A stretch of 64,000 nt of DNA from Carpediemonas membranifera BICM (lineage: Eukaryota > Protista > Fornicata): positions 1,039,578-1,103,577 of the forward strand of contig JAHDYR010000038.1 of assembly GCA_019828565.1 (NCBI GenBank), read 5' to 3'. The notes beneath the pieces are model-generated. The model was not told where the DNA came from and ran no database searches. It was given only the letters and a program-made list of their open reading frames with translations. A program made the translations under genes and the position numbers. Within the stretch, counting starts at the first letter, position 1. Each line of letters begins with the position of its first letter. Shown here one piece after another: positions 37,012-49,814 of the stretch.

Positions 37012-40000
37012 ATGGAAACGATCAAGATAGCGAGCCTGAACACTGAGGGACACATCGGGAAGGGAAAGGACTTCACGGCCTCAATGGCAACGGCTATAAG
37101 GATGAAACTGAGCGACACAGATGCAGTATGCATCCAAGAAACGTGGAGGACGGCGAATACGAGGGTACACAACTTCATAGACTTCGACTACGCAATGGCA
37201 GGGAAGGAAACAGAGGAGGAGCTAGCTATGGACAACGAGAGGAGGAAGAAAGAAGCCCAAAGCCAGCGCCGAATAGATGCCCAGCTGGGCATAGCAGGGA
37301 GCAGTAGCCGGACGCCCAGGACGAGGGGTACTAGAGAAGGAGTGGGCACAATCATCAACCCAAGAGCAAGAGGGAGCTGGGACGTAGGCATCACAGATAG
37401 CTTATCAGGGAGGATACAGGTGAGCATACTCAGAACCCATAGGGACATCCTGGTGATCAACGTGTATGGCCCACCGGTCGGCCACGGAAGGGAGGAGAAG
37501 GACGAGTTCAGGGACGGAATAAGGAGCATTATGGAGATGAAAGGAGAGATGGAAACAATCATCATAGGGGACTGGAACCTCGACCCCAAAAGGATAGCCA
37601 CAATGGCAAGATGGAAGGACCTGATCAGGGACTATAAGCTGGGAGCAGTGATCCCCATGGAAGGTACCCTCACCAAGGGAACTACCACTCCGGACTTCGC
37701 GCTGGTATCATCAGGGATCAGAGGAGCAAGGATAGAAGTACTGGATGCTAGTCGACTCGGAGTCTGGGGGTCAGCCCACAACATGATAAGACTGGAATGG
37801 AGGGAACAACGGATCCAACGGACTACAAAGAGAGAGGAAGTCCTAGACATACCGGGCGTCAGAGTGTGGAACATGAGGAAGAAGGCTGAACGCACATCAG
37901 TCAGAAGACTGCACCGTTTTAAGAGCCTGGATGAGTGGGAGGAGGATATCAGGAAGGATATGGGCGAGCCGTCAGGTCACCCAGGCAGTGGAGACAGGGA
38001 AGAGGTCATCAAAGAAAAGGTGTGGTCGGAACTCCGGCACACACCATGGACAGAAGAGGGAAACAAGACCAGAAGTGAGATCATGAAGCGTGAGCTACAG
38101 GCCTTCTGGGGAAAACGCAGGGAAGAGTGGATCCAGGACCTCAGCCGGAGCGCGAAGGAAGGATACAAAGCATCCAGGTCCATGGTGGAAGCAGCGGTAA
38201 GAAGATGGTGGTGTGAAAACCAGTTCAAGGGCATGCCAGAGAGCATACTGAAGGACGGGAAGATTACCACCAACAAGGAAGAAATAGGTAAGATCCTCCT
38301 ACAACAGTATGCAGGAGTGAGCAGGGGCAGGGAACCGGAGTGGAAGGATAGAGGCAATGGAAAGAGGGAGGACGAATTTAAGGAGAGAGAAATACGAGAA
38401 GCGATCAGAAGGATAAAGAGGGACACTGCACCGGGACCGGACCACACTACAGGGGACATGCTCAGGGACACAGATGACCAGGGGATCGCTCAGATAACTA
38501 GGCTCATGAACAGGGTATACAGGGAGGGCAAGATCCCGACAACATGGAAGCATGCTACAGTCTCGGCCATCCACAAGACAGGGAAGCCCAGAGTGAAGCC
38601 GGAGTCGTACAGACCCATCTCGCTAACACCACTACTGTATAGGGTGTATGGTAGGCTCCTGAAGAGAAGATTAGAAGCAGCCACATGGCACCTCATCCCA
38701 AGAGAGCAAGCAGGGTTCCAATCGGATAAGGACGTAATACAACAGATACAATACATCGTGCAGAGACACCAGGAAGGGGGGGAGACCACGTCGATCTTCC
38801 TAGACATAGAGAAAGCCTATGACACCGTCCCGAGGGACATCCTCATGGATAAGCTGCAGGGAATGGGGGTCGAAGACCACCTCATCAGGGCAATACAGAG
38901 TACACTAGAAGAGACATGGATCTCGGTGAAGGGGGCAGGGTCATGGGAGAGAACAAACAGGGGAGTGAAGCAAGGATGTGTCCTAGCGCCGACCCTGTTC
39001 GTTTTGTTCATGGCAAACTGGCCTCACCTGGTCAGGAAGAAGCATCAGGGACAAGAGTACGATATCAGGGAACCACCAACGGAGTTACCAAGAGCCCGGG
39101 ACACGCTGCCGGCCACCCTAACCATGTTCGTGGACGATACAGCGGTCACAGGGGAGAACACCGGAAAAGAGCAAGATAGTGGCGAACCTAGTCATAGAAG
39201 TTATCAAGGAGCACCTCATGAGGGCAAATGCACAAAAGAGTGAGATGATCAGTGTAGACAGGGCAGCAGTGGCGAGAGTGGGGGAGTTACCCTAATGGCA
39301 AAAGAGGAAGCTAAGTACCTAGGTCTCTGGATAGCCAGCGGAAAAGACCCACTGGCAGCCTGTATCAGAAAGAAGCGGGAGCAGAGCGAAAGGTACAAGA
39401 AGCTAGTGAGAAGAGTGGGATGGACCAGAGGCAACATGCCGGCGCTAGCCAGCAGGCTCCTCCTCGAAGTTTACATATGGCCGAGGATAATGTTTGGAGT
39501 GGAGGTGTGGGGCTACGCAGCAGGGGGGAACAAGATATGGACGGATTGGCAGGGCATCATGGCCGGAACAGGCCCAGGTGGGGGCTCGGTCATGCGCATC
39601 TTGAACGGATGGATGGACCTGCAAGCCCACCTGGAGATGCTAGCAGTCAAGAGGATCGTGACAAGCAGGGGCCAGGATATACCAATCAGAGACAGGGTCT
39701 GGAAGGAGGGATCGATTATGTGGAAAGCCAGGGACTCAGTGAACGCACTCCTCAGAGGAACAAGAGAGGGAGCAACGAATGCAGGGAAGATAGACTTTGG
39801 TAGGGAGATGGTAAGAATGAACTGGACCAGGAGGTGCAAGAGCAAGACAGCGGTGGGGCTCATGGAAGTCCTAGGACCCAAACGTATGGGAAAGTGCATG
39901 GCGGGGAAACCGGCCATAAGTAGGAAGACAGGGAAGTGGCAGTCAAGGGCAGAGTGGAAAAGGATAGTGTCGGTGGCAGCGAATGTCAGCCCGTCTCCAT

Positions 40001-40438
40001 CATCAGCGGAAAGGGGAGAAGGCCCAGAGCGAGCGCTGGCGGACCTGGCGATGGGTGAGGAACTCAAACACAAGATACAAAGGAGGTGCCCCCTGTGCAC
40101 AAAGGAGAGCGAGATAGAGTTACTGTGGCAAATAGCGAGAGAGCAGCCAAACCAAGCCAGGAAGCAGGCACTAATCAGGGAGTGGGTAAGGGGTCAGCCG
40201 CTGGGATCGGCGGCCCACATTATGTGTGAGTGCCCAGAGGTTGAAAGAGGAGATGACTGGGAAAAGATATGGAAGACAGCTAAGGAGAGGACCAGGGAAT
40301 TGCAAGTCAGAAGAGGCCCGAATGGGAGGTGGTATGAGAAGAGGCCAATCTTAGAGGTGCAACAACTAGTGTTAACAGGGTCGGAAGAGATATGGGAAGG
40401 ACTGCGAGCTGGGCTGAGAGCCCTGGCAAAGGTCTATG
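37012..40438 (+). CDS. LINE ORF2: AP endonuclease, reverse transcriptase, CCHC; frameshift at ~39152; final codons at 61361-61383
   Basis: IASLN, CIQETW, NVYGP, GDWN; APGPD, YRPISL, LDIEKAYD, GVKQG, FVDD, KYLG; CPLC...HIMCEC. Removing element B restores KVYDSYRIDG*. Confidence 0.92.
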
Positions 40439-42165
40439 CATACTGTCAACATCCCTAGATTATCTTTGCTAAACCCTAGATTATCTTCGACCTCAAAAAG
40501 CTAGATAATCTACGGTTGCAAGAAAAAATGAACTCGACGATGAGCCGGAGCTGGATCTTCAAAGTGGTATGGTAGTACTTGGCTATACCTAAGCAATACG
40601 CATGCGCAGTATCAAACTTTAAATCCTGCTAGAAAAAAGTAACATAGGGACAAATTGGAATTGAGAGTTGAGACTCAAAAAACGGGCAGGGGGGAGGAAA
40701 TGGTCCATAAGTACGCCTTATGGGTCGCTTCCTCCCCTCTGCCCCTTTTTTATCGCAAAATCGATTTGCCGGATTTGACACACGTTTGATGTGATCAAAA
40801 TGGATTTGATAGACATGGGTCCAGATCATGCAGTTGGCCATCCTGAAGCGCTAGGGCGGTCTGCAGACCGCAGCAATGCCTCTGCTGAATGCCCTTCGCC
40901 TGACGGACAGGACGCGCGTTGACTCTAAAGGACTGCATGTTTCGGCATTAAAAGAAGGTGTGGAATACAACGGAGTCATCGCCGAACCGCTCCGACCAAG
41001 TCGGTTATTAGGACATCGCGTTCAGACGCCCTCTGCAATTACCAAGTCAATAGATGGGAGTCGACCTGATCAGCACGTCATTTGGGGCCTCAGGTGACAC
41101 TATAGCTGAGTTTGGCTGGGCGCTGCTGCGGCCATGGGCCGCTAGCGCGCTGATTGGCTCGTTTCTCCTCGTATAGCTGCCGTAGAGGTCTGATCTGAGC
41201 CTCGTTCATACTGTAAGAATGGCTAGAGTCTCCCGGGAGATACTCTGGAGATACTCATGTGTCAACGCTGGTCAAACCTCGCGATCCAGGCGATCTCAGA
41301 CACCTCCAGAACATCTAGAAGGTAGTTATAGAAGCATAAAAGACATGTCTGGCGTCTTGAAGTATCACATGGTGTCAGTGTTGATAAAAGAGGATAACGC
41401 ATTTTATGTTGTAAATGTGAAGTGCTCGTTCGAACATGGGATCTTAACAGCGGTGTTTTATAGCTAATAGCAATGCCCTCTGAAGTTTTCAGCCTCCAGT
41501 ATCTTCTACTTCCGTATGAATTAATGATTGAATCAAGAGATTGAGAAAATGAAGACTTCCCCACAAAAACCAAACATGGGGGGATAATCCATGGGGGTCA
41601 AGTACTATCCGTACATACTCAGGTTCTGTGGGGAAGTCTTCATTTTCTCGCATTCGAAAAATCTGCAAAATTTTATCAACGATGAGATGGTCTTGGAAGA
41701 TTGTGCTAACAACAGAGGTGTAACTAGATCAACAAAGGATCATGGAACCCTTGGTTTGTCCTAACGCCCGAAACAGTGCCCAAAGAGCTCGTGACACAGG
41801 TGAACGCCAGAAAGAAATGAAGTTGCTCAGAGTGTACACCATATTGTCCTAGTTCCAATACTTTTTACCATTTTCTTCCAGCTGCTTTCGTTGGCGAGTT
41901 TCATTTTTTCTTACCGTTACTTCCGCAGTATCTTGCAAGATTCAGGGGGAAATTCAAATTCACTTTTCCTTTGAGGGCAAAGCAGAATTGCGCAATAACG
42001 CATCAATGGGTATGAGAAGCATAGAATACGTATAAAACTCAGTGTAGTTGCTGCTCACAACTTTTTGGAGGAAACAGAGCAGCGGAAGCCCCAAACCAAA
42101 AATCTTTCACAAACTCTTGTGAAACTTGTGAAATGTGAAAGTGACTTCAGCAAAAATTCCTGAGC

Positions 42166-44719
42166 ATGCACATTGTCATACAGACCTTCATTGGCACTGT
42201 CTACGACAATACTGGCCCTCCAAGGACTGCAGAGCGTATGAACTACATTCTCGCTCATACATACCTCTCCCTTGTTGGTATTGGCGGAAATACACAGGAT
42301 CGAGGGCCGCCAGCGCCGAGAATTCCGTGAAATCATCTTGGAAATGGCTAACCAGGGCCTATTTGCGGACATGGAGGTCGATCCGAGATTTTTCGCCGAC
42401 CCGCACGACTCTCGACCCTTCTTGCGTGCAGTACGTTCCCATAGAGGAGTCGCCCCGACCTTCGATGTCTTCGTACGTGACCACGCGCGTATTGCTGTCA
42501 CCCACGAACGCTTGCGGAGACAGCACGAGGTCTCAACTGAGGAAACTGACAACTACAAGCAGATTTTTGGAGCTTGTTTCTATCCTGATGTACATCAAGT
42601 CGGGTTGTAACGCAACCCATGAGCTCTTTAAGCTCATCCGTAGTCTTTCTGCGCGACTTCATATGCCAATCATCTCCAGCAAGGCTGCTGATATCTTCGT
42701 GAAGCAGTTGCAGGTCAATATCACCAAGATCAACGGCCTGGTTGCAGCGCTGACTAGACCAGAGGTTGCTTTCTTGGGTCATCTCGTCCCTGTGGAGTCT
42801 GTCACAGTCAACACGACCTGGCGGTGGGGCAGAAATGGCACAAAGTCGAGACTCGAGTGCACCAATCGCCTAACGGTGGACGAGGGTGTCGATATCCAGC
42901 CCCTGACGGACGCGGAGAACGTCATTGACTTCAAGTGGGAGAAGCCAATGCTTGATCTTCACTACGAGACGAGCGATGAGGCCACAAGTCATCGCCCTGA
43001 GCTCAAGCAGACCCAGGGAGTCACCCTCGGCAAGCGGCTCAACAGCTCCACATGGGACAAGGTTGATCGAGTCTGGTTTGATGCCGTTCGTTACCTCAAG
43101 CAAGCTGTTCGCCACCCGGAATGGCTCGAGTCGGACCAGCCCAACTACGTTCGATGCAAGAATGCCCTTGGCAACAGGGTTGGAGTCACGTTTAGCCCCA
43201 TGAAGATCCTACTATGGCTTGACGGGTGGAAAGGGGGTTCTGCTGCCTTCAAGCTCCGCATCTACGACCCCACAGGCTTCACATTCCCCAACAAGATTAC
43301 TCCACCTTTCCGTATAGTCGAGTATATGGGTAGCGAGGGTGATTTGTTGATGGAAGAGTCTCTTTCTCGCGTCGAGAAGGAGATTGAGCGCCTATACACG
43401 AGTCAGATACCCATCAGAGACACTGGTGAGGTCACGATCTTCGACCATGTCATCGTCATGGGCGATCATGCCGCCCTCCGCCACATGCTGTCCAGAAAGT
43501 CGGGCCGGCCCAACTATCCACACCCTTGCAACACGATTTACCACAAAAGTAAGGCGCTCCACCCGATAGCAGGCCGCCATCGTCTCACCATCAAGGACAA
43601 CCTGGACGATAAGACAGCATACCAGGCTGAAGTCGACGACCCGAACCGAGTTCAAGATGTACTTGCAATCTATGGCGATTTCACCAATGAACGCATGGTA
43701 TTCGAGAATTGTAGTGTCATCCCTCTTGAGAAGATCGTCATATGCCCTCCATTCATGCACGACTCGCACCGTTTACTCGAGCAGGTTGCCCATATCTGTG
43801 GTTCTTTCAAGAAGCATCCCACCACCCGCGGGTCCCGCGAGGAGATCATCCAGAATAAGCTCCTCAACCTCAAGCTTGGCCGTATGTCGTCCATGCGAAG
43901 CATCGATAGGACCGTAGGTTGTAACGAGCAGTCGTCCGCACGTGTAAGGATGGCTGCCACGACCCAAGAGGACTACGTTGCTCTCCCTGAGTGCATTCAA
44001 GATATCATTCGGCTCATTGGCTACCTCCAGGCCATGTACTACTCGTCCGAACCTGTGACTGACGCGGCTGTCGCGTTTCACTTCATGGCTGCCGCAGTGG
44101 CCCACCTCATTCACGTCACGATTGCGTTCATTCCTAACAAGGATAAGACTTCCATATCCCTGCTATCAAGCAGCGAAGCGAAGACGAAGGAGAAACCGTG
44201 CGCTGAGAACCTCTACAGCATCAGCAGACTCACGACGCAGCCCCTGTGCCACAAGCATCTCAAGGTGCCGCTGTTCTATATCCTAGAGGAGTACTTTGAG
44301 CGAGAGTTCATCAAGAACCAGGAGGTAGCAGCCAAGTTGCACAGGAAGGCAGTCCTTGAGGGCATTTGCTTGATCGAGCAGACAACTCTCGCGTGTTCCT
44401 TCCTGACGGGCATGCGTTCTTTTTGGTCGGCAGGACTACTCTGTCCCCCAGCTCCAGCGACTCAAGTGTGTGCGAGTTCACGACTGCTGTAAGGATGCGA
44501 AGCATTGGTTTGGTGTCCGCACACTGACCACCGTGACCTTCGAGCCAACTCGTGAGATGATCCAGACCTTTCAGGAGACTGTTGATGAAGTGTGGGAGTT
44601 TGTAGAAGAGCATACGACGCTGACGTGGGGTGAGGGAGGGCACGATGTCATGCAGTCTGGCGGACCATGGCATAGAGTTAGTTTGCTGCCTGTGTGGAGA
44701 GTGTAGCAGACAGAATTGA
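42166..44719 (+). CDS. DDE transposase subfamily C (about 4 frameshifts: ~42295, ~42565, ~44422, ~44660)
   Basis: Colinear with A: GTVY..NYIL..YLS, QRREF, LWLDGW, PPFRI.EY.G.E, MGDHAAL..NYP, PPFMH.SH, R..GCNEQ, LEEYFEREF, HDCCKDA. Confidence 0.75.
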
Positions 44720-44845
44720 GGCATCCGCGTGATATAAAGTGATGTAAGATGGTTCCGTGATAAATTCATTCATTTTTCATATGTGCCACTTTTTTTCATG
44801 AATGGCACATTTCACATTTCGCAGGTTTCACAAAAGTTTGTGAAA

Positions 44846-45702
44846 ATGAACCAAACGGGGAAAGAATCTTGGACAGAGGATACTCTTGCAGCCCATAAGG
44901 CTTATATACAGTACGTAAGACTTTCTGATAAGTCAGACATCATCCCCAGTGTCCGTACGTTTTTTTAAGCAGGACGTTGCCACGAGAGGAGTTGATGACA
45001 TCGATCATCGCTTCTTCATGTTTGTTCACCCAGTGTTGCCCAGGTATTTACCCAGATTGGTTGCGATTCGTGACTGCAAGACTGATTCCATCATTTCGGC
45101 CTTGTTGCTCACGAAGGAGTCATACAACACCGAAGCTACTGATGAAACCCCTTCCGAGCTGCGCCAGGACTTATATGTTGTGGTTATTCGCACGGCATTC
45201 TATGCCAGGGGCAATGGTCTCGCCACGATTCTTCTTTCGGTTGCCTCTGCCGGACAGAGGATCCGCCTGCAGTGTGTAAGTTCTCTTGTGCCAGCCTACC
45301 AGCGTATGGGGATGTCCATCTCCAAGCAAAAAGTCCACGATGGAGTACCTGGATGATGCGAAACTGGTGACCATGGAGGCAACATACGGCCCGAACAAGT
45401 GGACGAAGCTCGGTGAGAGTCTCGTTGCTTGCCATGGATATGCCATGAAGTCCTGGAGGGCTCCCCCGTCCGTCGACTACGGTACGGCTTTTCACTTCTG
45501 TGGACCAGGTCCAGCCTCCCCAAAGAGAACCCAAGCCACCCAACCCACCCTGCCCACCAAGCCCTCGGACAAGCTCAACCGCTACATTAAGCGTCTGAGG
45601 AAGAGTGTTACCCCGCACCCGACGCGCAAGAAGCAACGTGAGATAATCATCGCCCTTTACGACAGCAACCGAAGGGATTTGGTCCAAAAAGATCGTGGAT
45701 AA
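44846..45702 (+). CDS. GNAT-family acetyltransferase (two homopolymer frame breaks)
   Basis: LYVVVIRTAFYARGNGLATILL (acetyl-CoA motif A) and LVPAYQRMG (motif B-like). Confidence 0.7.
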
Positions 45703-45825
45703 GAGATCAAAGATGCGTAAGGATTACCAGAAAGAGAACTATTTCGAGGAAGAGTGGTACCATCTGCTGTCTGAGAAGGAAGATGAGGAAGAGAATGAAG
45801 ATTAAATGAAGAAGCAGTCGATTTA

Positions 45826-46513
45826 TTACTCATTTGAGTTGACGTTAGCTGCGTGGAAGAGCAGGAGGCTCGCGTAAACGGGTATACGCAGAACATCACG
45901 AGCCTCTGCAGCGGCACGGGCAGCGTTCCTCTTCTCAATCACAGCGGCGAGGTCCTTGAAGGTCTTCGAGTGCTTCTTGAGGACAAGCTGCGGACGCTCG
46001 AAGATGAGCTTAGAGTCCTTGCGGCACACACTCTCCAGAAGGACCTCTCTGACCTTGTCGACAGAGATACCAAGCCTCTGGGCGACGAAGGCGTAAGCGC
46101 GGGGGCGGACCGACTGAGGGATGCCGTGGAACAGCTCGCGGTACTCACGGACAGTTGCCAAGAGAGGGGCTGCCATGGTCGACCTCATCTCCTTCGGCGT
46201 CCAGGCTGATGAGGGCCCTGAAGCGCTTCTCCTTGGCCTCAGAAGACTCGCCCTTGAACTGCGCCATGATCTTCTCGATGCTGTCGAGAGTACGGAACTC
46301 CGCTTCATCCCTAAGATCCTCCGGAACGAATGTGGGGAGGTCATTGGGGCGTCTGTCAACCACCTCATTGCAAATGCGGTTTCCGGTGGCGACATCGGCA
46401 GCGGAGATGCTTCCAGCAGCGTGCTCCTTCTCTAAGTAAGTAGAAATCATCTCCACAGCGTTTAGACGCTTTCTGCCCTTGCTCTTAGCAGAATTACTCC
46501 GTTTCGGAGGCAT
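45826..46513 (-). CDS. Uncharacterised protein (frameshifted), possible helix-turn-helix
   Basis: ORFs 46145-46513 and 45826-46395 join near 46170; basic N-terminus; VAQRLGISVDKVREVL. Confidence 0.45.
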
Positions 46514-47212
46514 AACGTTTCTTCAAGGTGCACTTTATGCTCGCAACGAAATTAGAAAACCAAACGAAGAAAGGAGAAGAGTATCGATCCTCAAACGCTG
46601 GCAAGCATGTGTATATCACTAAAAACAACATCATGAGAGCTCTGTGGCCTCGAATGGCCTGTAATAGAACCTAAACAACATCAACAATTGTAACTCGTCG
46701 AGGAAGCGTTGAGATGAACTATAAACGCGGGAATGGATCAAACAATGGATTTAAGAGTGGCATACAAGGCCAGAATACCGCAATTATCGTCCGTTGATCC
46801 ACGTGACCTCCATCTTGGTCGGTATCCAGAGAAAGCCCTTCAGACGCTCGCAACACAACATTTAGAAGACTTATCGTGAATGGCTCCTTCCATGATGGAC
46901 CTTCACCTGGACATGCCATCTCTGACATGTCCAATGGTCTCCATTGAGCTCGCATTCATCCCTCTGAGCATCCGCCCCATGGTCCAATCAGATGCCCAAT
47001 CAAAATTCTGCACCGAAGTGCCCCGAGGACCTCCTCTGAGTTCATAAGGCTCTCAGAGCCTTATACACCAATTCGAAATCGTGTATAAGGCTCTCAGAGC
47101 CTAATGAATCTCCCGCGCCGTTGCCTACTGATACTGGTCATTTTTCCGCATGGTTTATTAGGCTCTCAGAGCCTTATGAATTTTTTCATTAGGTCCTGAG
47201 AGCCTTATAATC

Positions 47213-48586
47213 ATGCAATCGGTTTTCGACTTCTACATGCTCTTGAAGCGTTCGAAAACGTTTGGTAAGCAGTTCTTTATCTTCTATGACAGCGCTGAGA
47301 TCAGTCAGGCCTCATCAAACGCGCAGGAGATGATCAAGTGCTCACTTCTTCGTAAGTTCCTTCTGCCCGATGACAAGATCCTCACCGCCCTTCTTCGTGA
47401 TCGTAAGTACTTTCCCCATACCTTTTTACACAGATATTGGCTGGAAAACGCTTCGCAAGCTCTTCAGGTCGCCTCACCTTATCCTGCACCTAAGAGAAAC
47501 TGCCGAGGCTCAGCTTGAGCTGATCACGACATCGGCTGAGCTGAAGAAGGTCATGGGAGATCATGCCTACGACAGCCTTGTCCAGAAGGTCCGCCGAGAA
47601 GTGTCTTCGGATCACGAGCACGACGTTGGAGGTAAGTACTCCAAATAACTCCTGCTTATTCAGTCCTTTCGCTGCTCCGTGAGCGCATAATGCGCAAGGT
47701 GAAGCCAGGAAGGTCGGGGGTCGTCCGTTCGTTCAAGAACAACGCCGAGCCTGAGCTGTCGGACCCGGTCGACGTGCAGTTCGACCGGATAAGGCACCTG
47801 GACGCGCTTCTGATGGACTCTCCCGTCCACAGAAGTACCCTGAGTGGCACATCGCGCCTCCTGCGCCACCATCTTGCCGTGGAACACAACGGTGCGATCC
47901 GTGATTTGAAGAGGGAGCTTTGGCGAGCCCGGGCCAAGATTGAAAAGCTCGAGACGGAGAAGCTTGTGCCCTTGAAGAAGGAGGCTGAGGTCATAGACCT
48001 GGATCGGGAGGCTTTGGTGGCCGCAGACCCCAAAGATGACGTCCAGACCATCATGGAGAAGACCGCTAAGAAGTTTAAGAACGATACAAGCTCTCTGAAG
48101 CGGTCTGAGGTGCCTGGGGATGGCTCATGCATTCTCAGCGCCATGCATCTCATCAGGACTGGGTCCCAGCCTACTGTTGGTGAGAAGCTTCAGCTGTACG
48201 AGGACATCCGATCCTTCTGTGAGGGCAAGGGGTTCGAGGGCGACCCGTTCTCTGAGATGCCTGGCTCCCCTTTCCCCTGGGCAGACCATGAGGCCATCCA
48301 GGCCAGTGTAGAGCTGAGTCACACTCCGGTAATCATCACCCAGATCGACGAGGACCTTACCTGCCTCTGGGTCCACAAAGGTTGGGAAGATTCAGAGTTC
48401 TTGCCCATCCAGGATGCGACGCTGGACAAGATCTTAGGTCTTTGTGAGAGCATGAAGCTCACTCAGTTCATCGTCATCGAGAATCGTCATGCCTGTGTCT
48501 ACAGTCTTCCGGACCGCAAGCGCAAGGCAGCTGCCGCAGAGCCCGAGAAGCGTGCTACTCGTCCGGAGGATGTCACCCGCTCATAA
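47213..48586 (+). CDS. OTU-like deubiquitinase; introns 47403-47433 and 47632-47663
   Basis: EVPGDGSCILSA, PWADHEAIQA, NRHAC. Two GTAAGT...CAG introns (31 and 32 nt) join three ORFs in frame. Confidence 0.8.
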
Positions 48587-48659
48587 ATGATTGATTGAAT
48601 TGATATCTCTTCAAGTTTATTCACTCTTGCCTTGAGTCATGCGCGCAGTGTGGAAGCGC

Positions 48660-49620
48660 TTACGGGCGGGGTTGGACTTGGTCTTCCGCTTGCGGGGCTG
48701 CGGCTTGACCTGCAGTATTTTTGAACTGCTCCACCTTTCGAGCGAGGTAGTGAGGGTCATCTATGGCGAGACTCTTGAAGCGAGCAACCGGGTGCTCCTC
48801 TTCATCGGCCTCAAAGTAGGTCTCGCCATAATCGATGCGCAAGAACTCGCCGCGAACGATGTTGGCAGTGGCCCTGACCGATATCACTGGCAGGCCATCC
48901 ACCAAGACGTCCACGAACTCACAGTTGACATCGTCAGGGCTGTGGTTAATCAGGTGGACACCCGCTGCGGCCGACATGGCATCGACGGCGACCTGACTGT
49001 CAGCGAATGACATGCTGTGTAATGGTAATGGAATATGCGAAACAAACACCATCTGGCCGTTGTTGCTGGCCGTCTCAGCATCGGGAATCAGCTTCCCGAG
49101 GTATATGCCGAGACATGTGCCAGCTGAGATATCCTCAGTGGCAATCATGCCTCGGCCGACGCTCTGCGTCCGGTTGAGGGCCGGATGGTCGGGCTCCTGG
49201 GTCAGACGGGGGTCGCAACGGGTCTCGGATGAGATCCAGGCCGGAGCAGGAATGGCCTGAAGGCTTATCTCATCCGAAATCAGCCGCTTGACGTCCTGCA
49301 GGTCTGAACCCGGGTAGAACATGCGTCCACCTAGGGTGGACGTGCATGACGGACCCCTCGACGGAGTCCTCCTCGGCTTCAGACGAGCTGGATGAATGGG
49401 AAGGCGACTCGGGAGGCGGAGGAGGAGGAGAATCTTGCTCCTTACCATCCTCGGGCGACTCGGGAGGCGGAGGAGGAGGTGATGCTGCCGTTACAGTCGT
49501 TTCCGCAGGACGTTGATCCTGCGGAGAAGCAGATGACACAAAAGTGTCGTTGAGTGGATTTTGAATCCTTCTCTTACCTACCGGTTGCTGCTTCCTTGCG
49601 GACATCTTTCTTCTCGCCAT
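48660..49620 (-). CDS. SET-domain lysine methyltransferase (one frameshift at ~49355)
   Basis: GRGMIATEDI..G..LG.Y.G, VDA, LINHS...NC, VRAT.NI..GEFLRIDYG..YF. Confidence 0.88.
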
Positions 49621-49814
49621 ATCTTCGTTCTCTTTTTTTCTCGCAACTCCCGATCCGAAGAACAGGCGCATCGCTGATCAGATCCGAACAATACTGCAGT
49701 AGCATGCATAAATAGTGTAGCAATGAAGGTATACCTCTTTACTTGGATCAAAAGCTTGTCCTTTGCTTCAAATCAAAATGTGCCATTCATGAAAAAAAAA
49801 TTGGCACATTGCAA

